A DNA stretch of 37,644 nt from sequence record SRR22947725_578; one strand, given 5' to 3'. Position numbers and translations under genes: made by a program. Of the stretch, positions 9,224-17,777 are shown in pieces (the first letter of the stretch is position 1; every line of letters starts with the position of its first letter). The notes below the pieces were generated by a model. The model saw only the letters and a program-made list of their open reading frames with translations. It did not search any database and had not been told where the DNA came from.

Positions 9224-10573
9224 ATGGAGATTGCTAATGAATCTGAGTTAGAAAAACTTTTAAACAAAAAGGGCATTGAGTATCTAGATGCTATTTTTAC
9301 TGATTTATGTGGTTACGTCAGGGGTAAAAGATTTCCTTTAAATGAAGCGAGTAAAATATTTAAAGATGGATTTCAGTTGCCGTATTCAGTCTTCTATCTA
9401 GATGCATTAGGTGGAGTTACCAATAACCTTGAACTAGGTTGGGCTGATGGGGATCCAGATGGACTATTTTTTCCTATTACTAACACTATAAAAAAAGTTC
9501 CTTGGAATGATAATACCCTTCAAATACTAGTATCGATGTGCGATGAAGATAAAAAACCTTCTATTCTCGATCCAAGAAATATGTTGGCTTCAATTTTAAA
9601 AAAATTTGATGCTATTAATTTAAAACCTGTAGTTGCCTTTGAGCTTGAGTTTTATTTACTAGATAAGAATAAAGATAACTTAGGAAAACCTTTACCAGCC
9701 ACAGGAGTAGACAAAACAAATGTCTATGGGATGCGTGAGCTCGATATCTTTAAAAAACTTCTAGAAGATATAAATGAAAATTGTAAAATACAAAATATTC
9801 CAGCTTCCACATTTACAAGTGAGTTTGCTCCAACTCAATATGAAATAAATCTATCGCACACTAGTGATTTACTGAAAGCTGCTGATGATGCATCTCTTCT
9901 TAGAAGAATAATACACGAAACAACTTTAAAGCATGGTTATGAAGCAACATTTATGGCAAAGCCATTCTTAGAGCAAACTGGAAGTGGCATGCATATACAT
10001 ATGTCAATGTATGATGATAAAGACAAAAATTTATTTTCGTCAGGTGATAATCTTGGGACCGATTTATTAAAAAATGCAATAGCTGGAATGCAATCAACTC
10101 TTTATGATAGTTTCCCAATCTTTATTCCAAATCGGAATGGTTTTAGAAGAATTAAACCAGATCAATTTGTGCCAGTGAATAAATCATGGGGATATAATAA
10201 TAGAACAGTTGCCTTAAGAATTCCGTCAGGAAAAGATGATGCTAGGCGTATTGAGCATCGTGTAGCATCAGCTGATGCGAACGCCTACTTAACATTAGCT
10301 AGTATTTTGGCTGGTGTACTTAATGGTATCAATAATAAATTACAACCGACACACTTTATAGAATATGGCACTAACGCTGGAATTCAAACCCAGGCTGATC
10401 CAGAAATTCCTACTTCATTAGAAAATTCCCTAATTAGATTTGAAAACTCAAAAATTTTAAAAGAATATTTTGGAGAAAACTACCTCAAGCTTTATGCTTC
10501 TGTTAAAAGAGGTGAGGAAAATTTATATAATTCTACCTTTATACCAAAAGAAGAATATGATTATTACTTATAG
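9224..10573 (+). CDS. Glutamine synthetase-like gamma-glutamyl-amine ligase (PuuA-like)
   Basis: RGKR, FELEFYL, QYEINL, FMAKPF, GSGMHIH, WGYNNRT and RIEHR motifs; PuuA-type length and context. Confidence 0.88.
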   Translation: MEIANESELEKLLNKKGIEYLDAIFTDLCGYVRGKRFPLNEASKIFKDGFQLPYSVFYLDALGGVTNNLELGWADGDPDGLFFPITNTIKKVPWNDNTLQILVSMCDEDKKPSILDPRNMLASILKKFDAINLKPVVAFELEFYLLDKNKDNLGKPLPATGVDKTNVYGMRELDIFKKLLEDINENCKIQNIPASTFTSEFAPTQYEINLSHTSDLLKAADDASLLRRIIHETTLKHGYEATFMAKPFLEQTGSGMHIHMSMYDDKDKNLFSSGDNLGTDLLKNAIAGMQSTLYDSFPIFIPNRNGFRRIKPDQFVPVNKSWGYNNRTVALRIPSGKDDARRIEHRVASADANAYLTLASILAGVLNGINNKLQPTHFIEYGTNAGIQTQADPEIPTSLENSLIRFENSKILKEYFGENYLKLYASVKRGEENLYNSTFIPKEEYDYYL

Positions 10574-10580
10574 GATTTAA

Positions 10581-11366
10581 ATGACTGAAAAATTAATTAG
10601 AACTGACAAAGATTACATTGCTTATTTAAAACTCAACGACAATCCAGCAAATAGTCTTTCATCAGAAATGATGGGTGCAATTCAAGCTGAGTTAACAGAA
10701 ATAGACACAAATCCTGCTATTAGGGTTGTAGTTTTTGAGTCAGCAAGTGAAAAAATATTTTGTTCTGGACATAGCTTAACAGAAGTCAAAGGTATGATGA
10801 GTGATAAAGATGTGCAGGCTCAAGAAAAATTATTTGCCCAGTGTTCTATGATGATGAAACAAATTCAACAAATTTCTAAACCAGCAATTGCTAAAGTAAG
10901 AGGCGTAGCTACTGCTGCAGGAAATCAACTAGTAGCATCTTGTGACCTTGCCTATGGTTCAGAGGATTCAAGGTATGCATTACCAGGGGCAAATATAGGA
11001 TTATTTTGTCATACACCACAAGTTGCCGTTTCTAGAACAGTAGGTCGTAAAGCGACAATGGAAATGTTATTAAGTGGCCAAATGATTAATTCTGCAAAAG
11101 CTGAAAAAATTGGATTAATAAATAAAGTAGTTAGTTCAGCTGATTTAGACAGTGAAGTAGAAATGGTTTGTGCAACTATTAATCAGAAATCTGCTGAAGT
11201 AATTGCTCAAGGCAAAAGAAGTTTTTATCGACAAATTGAAATGGGATTGACTGACGCGTATGCTGCAACTAGTCAAAATATGGTAAAAAATCTTGAATTA
11301 AATGATGCCAATGAAGGTATAAGTTCTTTTTTAGAAAAAAGACAGCCTGAGTGGACTAACGATTAA
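10581..11366 (+). CDS. Enoyl-CoA hydratase/isomerase (crotonase) family protein
   Basis: FCSGH, ATAAGNQLVASCDLA, PGANIGLFC and EGISSFLEKR motifs. Confidence 0.9.
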   Translation: MTEKLIRTDKDYIAYLKLNDNPANSLSSEMMGAIQAELTEIDTNPAIRVVVFESASEKIFCSGHSLTEVKGMMSDKDVQAQEKLFAQCSMMMKQIQQISKPAIAKVRGVATAAGNQLVASCDLAYGSEDSRYALPGANIGLFCHTPQVAVSRTVGRKATMEMLLSGQMINSAKAEKIGLINKVVSSADLDSEVEMVCATINQKSAEVIAQGKRSFYRQIEMGLTDAYAATSQNMVKNLELNDANEGISSFLEKRQPEWTND

Positions 11367-12261
11367 CAGCTAAAGTTTCTGGTTGAATATCTTTTTTTAA
11401 CACGGTTTCTCTTCTAATAATAATTAGTGAAGAAATTACAATTAAAGCAGCACCAAAATAAGTATTCCAAGTTGGAACCTCTCCCCAAATTAAATAACCA
11501 AATATTATTGCATAAATAAGGCTTAAGTATTTTAATGGAGTAACAATTGAAACTTCAGCATTTTTAAAGGCTGCTGTAAGTGCAAGATTACCTATACCAC
11601 CAGAAACCCCAACACATGTTAGAATAAATAAATCAAAACCAGAAACTGGCATTTTCCAATCTCCAAATAATGGAATAGTCACTAATGAAGCAATAATTCC
11701 AAATATGGTGAAATATAGTGCGACCAAATAAGTTGGCTCGGTTTCACTAAGTTTTCGAATTGAAATAGATACCATTCCAAAGAAAAAGCAGAAAGTAAGA
11801 GGTAGGAACATATAAGCAGTAAAATCTGTTGAAAGTGGATTGACCAAAACACACACACCAATAAACCCAAGAATTATCGCCATCCAGCGTCTCATTCGAA
11901 CTACTTCATGGAGGATAAGTATTGATAAGATAGTTGAAAAGATTGGGGAGGCGAAGGTTAGGGATACTGTTTGTGCCAAGGGCAGATAATGTAATGATGC
12001 ATAAACAGCAAAAAGAGCACAAGTTCCTGTAATGCATCGAATAAAATGTAATCCAGGTTTTTTAGTTTCAAATAAGTTTTTCCATCGTTCCTTGGGGACC
12101 ACAAAAACTAAAGGGATGATGCCAAAAATCATTCGAAAAAATATAACTTCGCCAATGGGATAGCTTGCAGTAGTCCATTTTACTGATAAATCCATTATAG
12201 AAAAGCCTGTAACAGAAATAAACATAAAGAAGGCAGCTGCTTGAATGTTATTTTTATTCAT
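11356..12261 (-). CDS. DMT/EamA family transporter
   Basis: About 10 TM helices with EamA motifs (FFR, LPLA, SPIF, ILHEVV, WGEVP). The start is placed at MNKNN (12261) because the longer ORF overlaps djlA. Confidence 0.88.
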   Translation of the reverse strand: MNKNNIQAAAFFMFISVTGFSIMDLSVKWTTASYPIGEVIFFRMIFGIIPLVFVVPKERWKNLFETKKPGLHFIRCITGTCALFAVYASLHYLPLAQTVSLTFASPIFSTILSILILHEVVRMRRWMAIILGFIGVCVLVNPLSTDFTAYMFLPLTFCFFFGMVSISIRKLSETEPTYLVALYFTIFGIIASLVTIPLFGDWKMPVSGFDLFILTCVGVSGGIGNLALTAAFKNAEVSIVTPLKYLSLIYAIIFGYLIWGEVPTWNTYFGAALIVISSLIIIRRETVLKKDIQPETLAVNR

Positions 12262-12319
12262 ATTTCTGTTTTTAATAAAGTTGATATAATAGAATTTGAA
12301 TATTAACAGTAATTGAAAA

Positions 12320-13054
12320 ATGAGCGTCTGGAAATACTTAATGGCAGCGTCTTTGGGCAATATGATTGCAGGCCCATTGGGAGCTTTAGCATTTACTGCT
12401 GGAGCTTTTTTTCTTGGTGGCAAAAAAACTCTTAATAATACTGGCAATAAGTTTAACCAACAGCAGAGTGTTTATGCAATTGGCTTAATTGTACTTGCTG
12501 CAAAATTAGCTAAAGCAGATGGTACTGTAACTTCAGATGAAATAGCTAAGTTTAAAAAGATTTTTAGAATTCCACAATCTGACTTCAAGCAAGTTGCTGC
12601 TATTTGGAAGCAAGCCGCAGAAACTAGCGATGGTTTTGAGATGTACGCAGAACAACTTTATCAAACATTTAGACGTTCACCGCAAATGCTAGAACAGATT
12701 ATCTTAGGTCTTTTTGAAATAGGCTATGCCGATCATGAGTTATCATCTCCAGAGTTAAAATTTATTAAAAAAGTTAGTAATATTTTTAGATTAGACCAAC
12801 AAACCTTTAATCGTCTTCGCAATTCAAGACCAGAGTTTGTTAAGGAAGATCCATACAAGGTATTAGGCGTAAAAAAATCAGATAGTATTAATGATATTAA
12901 AAAAGCCTATCGAGCACTAGCTCGAAAAAATCATCCTGATGTTATGCGTGCTAAAGGAATAACTGACACAAGTATAATTCGAAAAGCTAAAGAAAAATTT
13001 CAATTAATTAATGATGCTTATGAACAAATCTTGAAAATAAAGGGTGTGAAATAG
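12320..13054 (+). CDS. djlA: DjlA-like co-chaperone (TM anchor + TerB-like domain + C-terminal J domain)
   Basis: Gly-rich N-terminal anchor, AKLAKADG, DPYKVLGV and the HPD motif. Confidence 0.88.
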   Translation: MSVWKYLMAASLGNMIAGPLGALAFTAGAFFLGGKKTLNNTGNKFNQQQSVYAIGLIVLAAKLAKADGTVTSDEIAKFKKIFRIPQSDFKQVAAIWKQAAETSDGFEMYAEQLYQTFRRSPQMLEQIILGLFEIGYADHELSSPELKFIKKVSNIFRLDQQTFNRLRNSRPEFVKEDPYKVLGVKKSDSINDIKKAYRALARKNHPDVMRAKGITDTSIIRKAKEKFQLINDAYEQILKIKGVK

Positions 13055-13118
13055 CTAAAACTTAGAATATTTCTAAACAAGGACTAGATTGTTTGAATAT
13101 CAAGGCTATAGTTAGTTT

Positions 13119-13274
13119 ATGAGTTTTTTAATTTTTGTAGCACTTTTAGTACTGATTTATATCCTGTACTTAATTAGACAAGACCTGCAAGATCATCACG
13201 TTAGAACCGAGTCTATGTTACAACGCATCTCAGAGACAGTTGTTAAGTCAGCAGATTCTGAAAAAGACGATTAA
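13119..13274 (+). CDS. Small hypothetical single-pass membrane protein (51 aa), not in the ORF track
   Basis: Translated by hand as MSFLIFVALLVLIYILYLIRQDLQDHHVRTESMLQRISETVVKSADSEKDD. TATAGT lies 6 nt before the ATG. Confidence 0.6.
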   Translation: MSFLIFVALLVLIYILYLIRQDLQDHHVRTESMLQRISETVVKSADSEKDD

Positions 13275-13276
13275 AC

Positions 13277-13402
13277 TTAATTTTTTTTACTCCACTTACT
13301 TCTCTTCCGATTACGAATAAATGGTGGATATACTCCAGTATTAAGAAATATTTTGATATATCTTTTTTGGAGCCAGAAGATTTTTTTAAGTGTTTCAAAC
13401 AT
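13277..13402 (-). CDS. Small basic hypothetical protein (41 aa), not in the ORF track
   Basis: Translated by hand as MFETLKKIFWLQKRYIKIFLNTGVYPPFIRNRKRSKWSKKN. Its stop lies 2 nt from the stop of the convergent small ORF. Confidence 0.4.
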   Translation of the reverse strand: MFETLKKIFWLQKRYIKIFLNTGVYPPFIRNRKRSKWSKKN

Positions 13403-13457
13403 ATTATTGCTAACAAATTAATTAGTTTTTAAAAAAAATATATACTATATTTCAGCT

Positions 13458-14066
13458 ATGAATGAACAAGATATTTTAGAAAATCGCAACTGGCTCGAGG
13501 TATGGCATCATTACTATGATCCTGAATTAAAGTTAGAGCCGAATGATCCTAATGCTATATGCATTAGTTCAGTTGATGCCTCAGGAATGCCCAATGGTCG
13601 ATACGTTTTATTAAAAGATGTATCTGAAAAAGGCTTTTTATTTTATACCAATTTAAAGAGTCAAAAAGGCAAGGAGTTGTTTGAAGCAGGTAAGGGTGCA
13701 TTAACTTGGTGGTCACGAGCACAGAATAAATCAGTACGGTTACAGGGAACGGTAGAACAAGTAAGTGATGATATTGCAGATACTTATTGGGCTTCTCGAA
13801 AGGAAGATGCAAAAATTTCTGCAATTTTATCCAAACAAAGTGATGAGGTTGCAAGTCGAGAACAGTTAGAGGAAGAATTTGCTAAGCTTAAAGCAGAATA
13901 TGCTGGTAAAGATATTCCACGCCCAAAACATTGGTCAGGTGTAATTATTTGTCCACAAAAAATAGAATTTTGGGAAGCAACATCCGCTTACACATCGCGA
14001 CTACACAATAGATTTGTATTTGAACTTAATAATAATCAATGGATTACAAAAAGGCTGTACCCATAA
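13458..14066 (+). CDS. pdxH: Pyridoxamine 5'-phosphate oxidase
   Basis: DPNA, PNGRYVLLK, FYTNLKSQKG, RPKHWSG, IEFW, RLHNR and RLYP motifs. Confidence 0.92.
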   Translation: MNEQDILENRNWLEVWHHYYDPELKLEPNDPNAICISSVDASGMPNGRYVLLKDVSEKGFLFYTNLKSQKGKELFEAGKGALTWWSRAQNKSVRLQGTVEQVSDDIADTYWASRKEDAKISAILSKQSDEVASREQLEEEFAKLKAEYAGKDIPRPKHWSGVIICPQKIEFWEATSAYTSRLHNRFVFELNNNQWITKRLYP

Positions 14067-14069
14067 TTC

Positions 14070-14561
14070 ATGCTTAAGAAGATTATAATCTGTATAGTGG
14101 CACTAACAATTTCCCCACTGTACGCATTCGCCAAAGAAGACTTACCAGTTCCACGATGGGTTAGTTTAAATGCTGAGGCTAATATGCGCAAAGGCCCAAA
14201 CACTAACGCATCTATCATGTACCACTATCAATTTGAAGGTTATCCAATGGAAATAATTCGACAAATCGATGGTTGGCGATATGTGCGTGATCCATTAGAT
14301 GGCACTGAAGGTTGGATGAGCCACATACTATTTAATGGTGCACGCCATGTGATAACTTCAAATAAAGACATTAGCTATGGTTATAAAACAACCAATAAAA
14401 GTAAGATTGTTGCAAAATTAGCTTTTGGGGTACATGGCAAAATTTTAAACTGTAATTCCAATTGGTGTTATGTTGCTGTTAACACTAATGCGAAATCTAG
14501 TAAAATGTACCTTGAAAAGAAAAATCTCTATGGAGTTTATGCCCACGAAATTATTGATTAA
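14070..14561 (+). CDS. Secreted bacterial SH3-domain protein
   Basis: Signal peptide, LPVPRWVSL, ANMRKGP, WRYVRD..GTEGW and C-terminal LYGVY. Confidence 0.8.
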   Translation: MLKKIIICIVALTISPLYAFAKEDLPVPRWVSLNAEANMRKGPNTNASIMYHYQFEGYPMEIIRQIDGWRYVRDPLDGTEGWMSHILFNGARHVITSNKDISYGYKTTNKSKIVAKLAFGVHGKILNCNSNWCYVAVNTNAKSSKMYLEKKNLYGVYAHEIID

Positions 14562-14612
14562 TTTCTTTTTTTGAACACACTTTCTCCATAATAAAGGCTC
14601 AATTTCCTACTA

Positions 14613-14687
14613 TCTTTTAAAGCAGTAGACAGAAAGATTTCCTTTTCTCCATATGTTTCTCCTTACTTTCTGTCTACTTTTATAAGA
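14613..14687. repeat. Long intergenic inverted repeat/hairpin with a CU-rich loop (candidate ncRNA or cis-element)
   Basis: Perfect 13-bp arms AGTAGACAGAAAG(14624-14636)/CTTTCTGTCTACT(14666-14678), extendable imperfectly to 14613/14687, with a 29-nt loop. Confidence 0.7.
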
Positions 14688-14742
14688 ATCAGATACTAAT
14701 CAATTTCAAATAATATTTATTAAAAGATAAAAGGATTACAGC

Positions 14743-16167
14743 ATGAAATATGTATTTTATGATTTTGAGACTAGTGGATTATCAGCTGAATTTGATAGCA
14801 TAATACAAGCAGCAGCAATTCTGACAGATCAAGATTTTAATATTATTGATAGTTTTGATATGCGTGGACGTATGAAAAAAGAGTACCCTGTTCCGCATCC
14901 AAAAGCATTGCTAGTAAATGGAACGGGAGTAGATCTTCTAAAAAATCATGAGGATTCTAACTTTAGTCTAATAAGAAAAATGCAGCAAAAATTTCTATCT
15001 TGGGGGGAGACAACTTATATTGGTTATAACTCATTAGGATTTGATGAGAGATTTTTAAGACAAAGCTTGTATCAAAGTGCATTACCTCCTTATTTAACGA
15101 ATACGAATGGCAACAAACGTGGTGATGCTCTAAAAATAATTCATTCTGCCGCTGCAGTTGCACCCAACTCATTTGTACGACCTCTTAATGATGACAATGG
15201 CAAAATCACTTTTAAGCTCGATCGTTTTGCACCTGCAAATGGAATTGATCACTCTAATGCACATGATGCCTTAAGTGATGTTGAGGCAACTATAGGTGTT
15301 TGTAAACTTGTTAAAGATAGATGTCCTGATGTATGGGAAGCTGCTATGAAAACAACTTCAAAACAGGATGTTTACAAATTCATAAATCAAGATCGTATAT
15401 TTTGTGCCAGTAGATATTTTAGAGGTAAGGAATATACGAATGGATTGGCATATTTAGCAGTAGACCCAACGTATCAAAATTATGTTTATTGTTTTGATCT
15501 CAAGACTGATCCTGATTTAATTTTTGATTTAGATTGTGCGGAGCTAAAAAAATTATTTAAAGGCAAAAAGAAATGTTTTCAATTGATAAAAGCTAATGAG
15601 CAGCCAATATTACTTGATGAAAAATATTTAATGCAATCTGAAGAGTTCAAAGAAGATGATTTAAAAGTTTTACAAGAACGAATGGAAAAAGTTCGCAATA
15701 ATAAAAATTTTATTGAAAAGTTTACCAACCTTCTAATTGACATGAGTGAGGAAAAATCGTTTGTTGAAGATCAATCAGAAAGAACTGTGGAACAAAGAAT
15801 CTTTGATGGATTCCCTGACAGTAAAGACAATTACTTGATGCAAGATTTCCAGGCAGCTGAATGGGAAAAGCGATATGACATTGCATTAAAAATAACTGAT
15901 AGCCGTATTCAAGAATTTGCTAAGCGTGCAATCTATAATGAAAAACCAGATTTATTACCAAAAAATGAACTTTTAAAAAGAGATCAGGATGTTGCCACAA
16001 AATTATTAACTATGGATAAAGTTCCATGGAATACTATTCCAGATGCAATGAAGGAAATTGATGACCTTAGAGAGTCTGAAAATGAATATAATATGGATAT
16101 ATTAGAAGAAATTGATGAATATATTCAAGAACTTGAAGAGACACATAGCAACATTTTAAAGCAGTAG
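14743..16167 (+). CDS. sbcB: Exodeoxyribonuclease I (DEDDh 3'-5' exonuclease)
   Basis: YDFETSG, GYNSLGFDERFLR and HDALSDV motifs; about 474 aa. Confidence 0.85.
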   Translation: MKYVFYDFETSGLSAEFDSIIQAAAILTDQDFNIIDSFDMRGRMKKEYPVPHPKALLVNGTGVDLLKNHEDSNFSLIRKMQQKFLSWGETTYIGYNSLGFDERFLRQSLYQSALPPYLTNTNGNKRGDALKIIHSAAAVAPNSFVRPLNDDNGKITFKLDRFAPANGIDHSNAHDALSDVEATIGVCKLVKDRCPDVWEAAMKTTSKQDVYKFINQDRIFCASRYFRGKEYTNGLAYLAVDPTYQNYVYCFDLKTDPDLIFDLDCAELKKLFKGKKKCFQLIKANEQPILLDEKYLMQSEEFKEDDLKVLQERMEKVRNNKNFIEKFTNLLIDMSEEKSFVEDQSERTVEQRIFDGFPDSKDNYLMQDFQAAEWEKRYDIALKITDSRIQEFAKRAIYNEKPDLLPKNELLKRDQDVATKLLTMDKVPWNTIPDAMKEIDDLRESENEYNMDILEEIDEYIQELEETHSNILKQ

Positions 16168-16181
16168 GATAGAAAGTAAGT

Positions 16182-17348
16182 ATGGGTGATTTAAGTATAT
16201 TAAGTTTTATAGCAGGTGCTGTAATAGCAATAGTTGGAGCATGGATTGTGTTCTCTATAAAAACACGTGCATTAAATGAAAAAATAATCAGACATCAGGC
16301 TGAAACAGATGCGCGCGCATCCTTTTCAGATGAGCTTAAACAAAAATTAACTACTGCAACTGATGAAGTTATTAATCCGGTCAAAGATTATATGACCAAA
16401 GAAGTTGGAAGAGTTGAGCAGCTTAAGATAGAAGCTGCAGCAGGCTTAAAAAATCTAAATGAAAAACAAGCTGATGCGATGAATACGATGTGGCATAAAT
16501 TTGAAGAAACAAAGATTAAAACTGAATACTCAGCTAACACCCGCGGTAAGAACAATGAATTACTAATGCAGGAGTTGGTAAAAAATACTAAATTTGTTGA
16601 AGGTAAGAATGTTTTTTATAATACCAAAATTCCAGAAATGTCAGTAATACCAGATGCACAATTTATTTTGTCTAAAACACACAAATTAATTGCAGATGCA
16701 AAAGCACCGTTAGATCCATTTGATGAATATTTTGATGCACAAGAAAAAGGTGATTATGAAACTATTAAATTGATTAAAACTAAAATTGGAAAAGCAATTA
16801 AAGATCATATCGATGAATTATCCAAAAAGAATTATCACAAAGCTAAGGGTTCATTCAAATTTATCCTGATGTTTTTACCAAGTGAAAACCATCTTCAGAT
16901 TGCACGTGAGAGTTCTAAATATATGCAAATTGATTTAGAAAATTATGCAAGAAATAAAAATATCCTCATTACAGGACCAAGAAATTTTTTAATCGACTTA
17001 GATTGGTTTGATAAATTAATGTCGATGGAAGAAAATAATAAATTAGCTAATGAATTAATGGATACAATCAATCCACTCTTTTCAGCATCAAAAGTTTTAT
17101 TCAGTCACTTTGCTGATCACTCAAGAAGCATAAATCAAGTAGTTAAATCAGCAGAAAAAATTAATAGCTCTTTTTCGAAGACCCTTATTAATGCGCTGCA
17201 GAAAGTAAAAGATAAAGGCTATAAAAATCCAGATATTGAAACAACTTTAGAAAACTCTGAAAAACTCTCTGAATCTGGCCTAGATCAAGTTTCCGAACCT
17301 CAAGATAATCTTTACAAATTAGATATAATTAAAAGGAAAAAAGATTAA
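16182..17348 (+). CDS. rmuC: RmuC-family DNA recombination protein (divergent)
   Basis: N-terminal TM helix, coiled coil, PD...DAK nuclease-fold motif, HIDELSKKNY, FILMFLPSE and ILITGP. Confidence 0.75.
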   Translation: MGDLSILSFIAGAVIAIVGAWIVFSIKTRALNEKIIRHQAETDARASFSDELKQKLTTATDEVINPVKDYMTKEVGRVEQLKIEAAAGLKNLNEKQADAMNTMWHKFEETKIKTEYSANTRGKNNELLMQELVKNTKFVEGKNVFYNTKIPEMSVIPDAQFILSKTHKLIADAKAPLDPFDEYFDAQEKGDYETIKLIKTKIGKAIKDHIDELSKKNYHKAKGSFKFILMFLPSENHLQIARESSKYMQIDLENYARNKNILITGPRNFLIDLDWFDKLMSMEENNKLANELMDTINPLFSASKVLFSHFADHSRSINQVVKSAEKINSSFSKTLINALQKVKDKGYKNPDIETTLENSEKLSESGLDQVSEPQDNLYKLDIIKRKKD

Positions 17349-17398
17349 AAATATATAGTTAATTCAATAACTTAGTATTATTTTTAATACCCTTAGGA

Positions 17399-17427
17399 CT
17401 TGACTTGGTCGTATTAATACCTACATT
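17399..17427 (+). promoter_or_regulatory. Promoter of trxA (sigma70- or RpoH-like)
   Basis: CTTGAC-N15-CCTACAT, also readable as TTGACT-N16-TACATT; SD AGAGGA before the ATG at 17454. Confidence 0.5.
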
Positions 17428-17453
17428 ACAATTAACTTTAAGAGGATAAAATT

Positions 17454-17777
17454 ATGGCTACAATTAATATTACTGACGCAACATTTGAACAAGATGTTCT
17501 AAATTCTGACAAACCTGTCGTTCTAGATTTCTGGGCTCCATGGTGCGGACCTTGTAAGCAAATAGGACCATCTTTAGAAGAAATCTCTGATGAAATGAAA
17601 GATGACATTATTGTAGCTAAAGTTAACATCGATGAAAATCCAGTAACACCGACTAAGTTTGGTGTGCGTGGCATTCCTACAATGCTAGTATTTCAAGGTG
17701 GTGAGGCTAAAGCAACAAAAGTTGGTGCAGTTTCAAAATCTGCAATCGTTGAATGGATTAAAGATTCAATCGCTTAA
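17454..17777 (+). CDS. trxA: Thioredoxin
   Basis: WCGPC active site and GIPT motif. Confidence 0.97.
   Translation: MATINITDATFEQDVLNSDKPVVLDFWAPWCGPCKQIGPSLEEISDEMKDDIIVAKVNIDENPVTPTKFGVRGIPTMLVFQGGEAKATKVGAVSKSAIVEWIKDSIA

Noticed and set aside
12262-12447. 62-aa N-terminal extension of the DMT ORF in the track
   Set aside because: It overlaps djlA on the opposite strand, and EamA-like sequence begins at Met 12261.
14551-14652. Two tiny minus-strand ORFs beginning MEK (11 and 12 aa), one preceded by AAGGAG
   Set aside because: Too short to support, and better explained as by-products of the TTTCTCCATA repeats; a leader-peptide role cannot be excluded.
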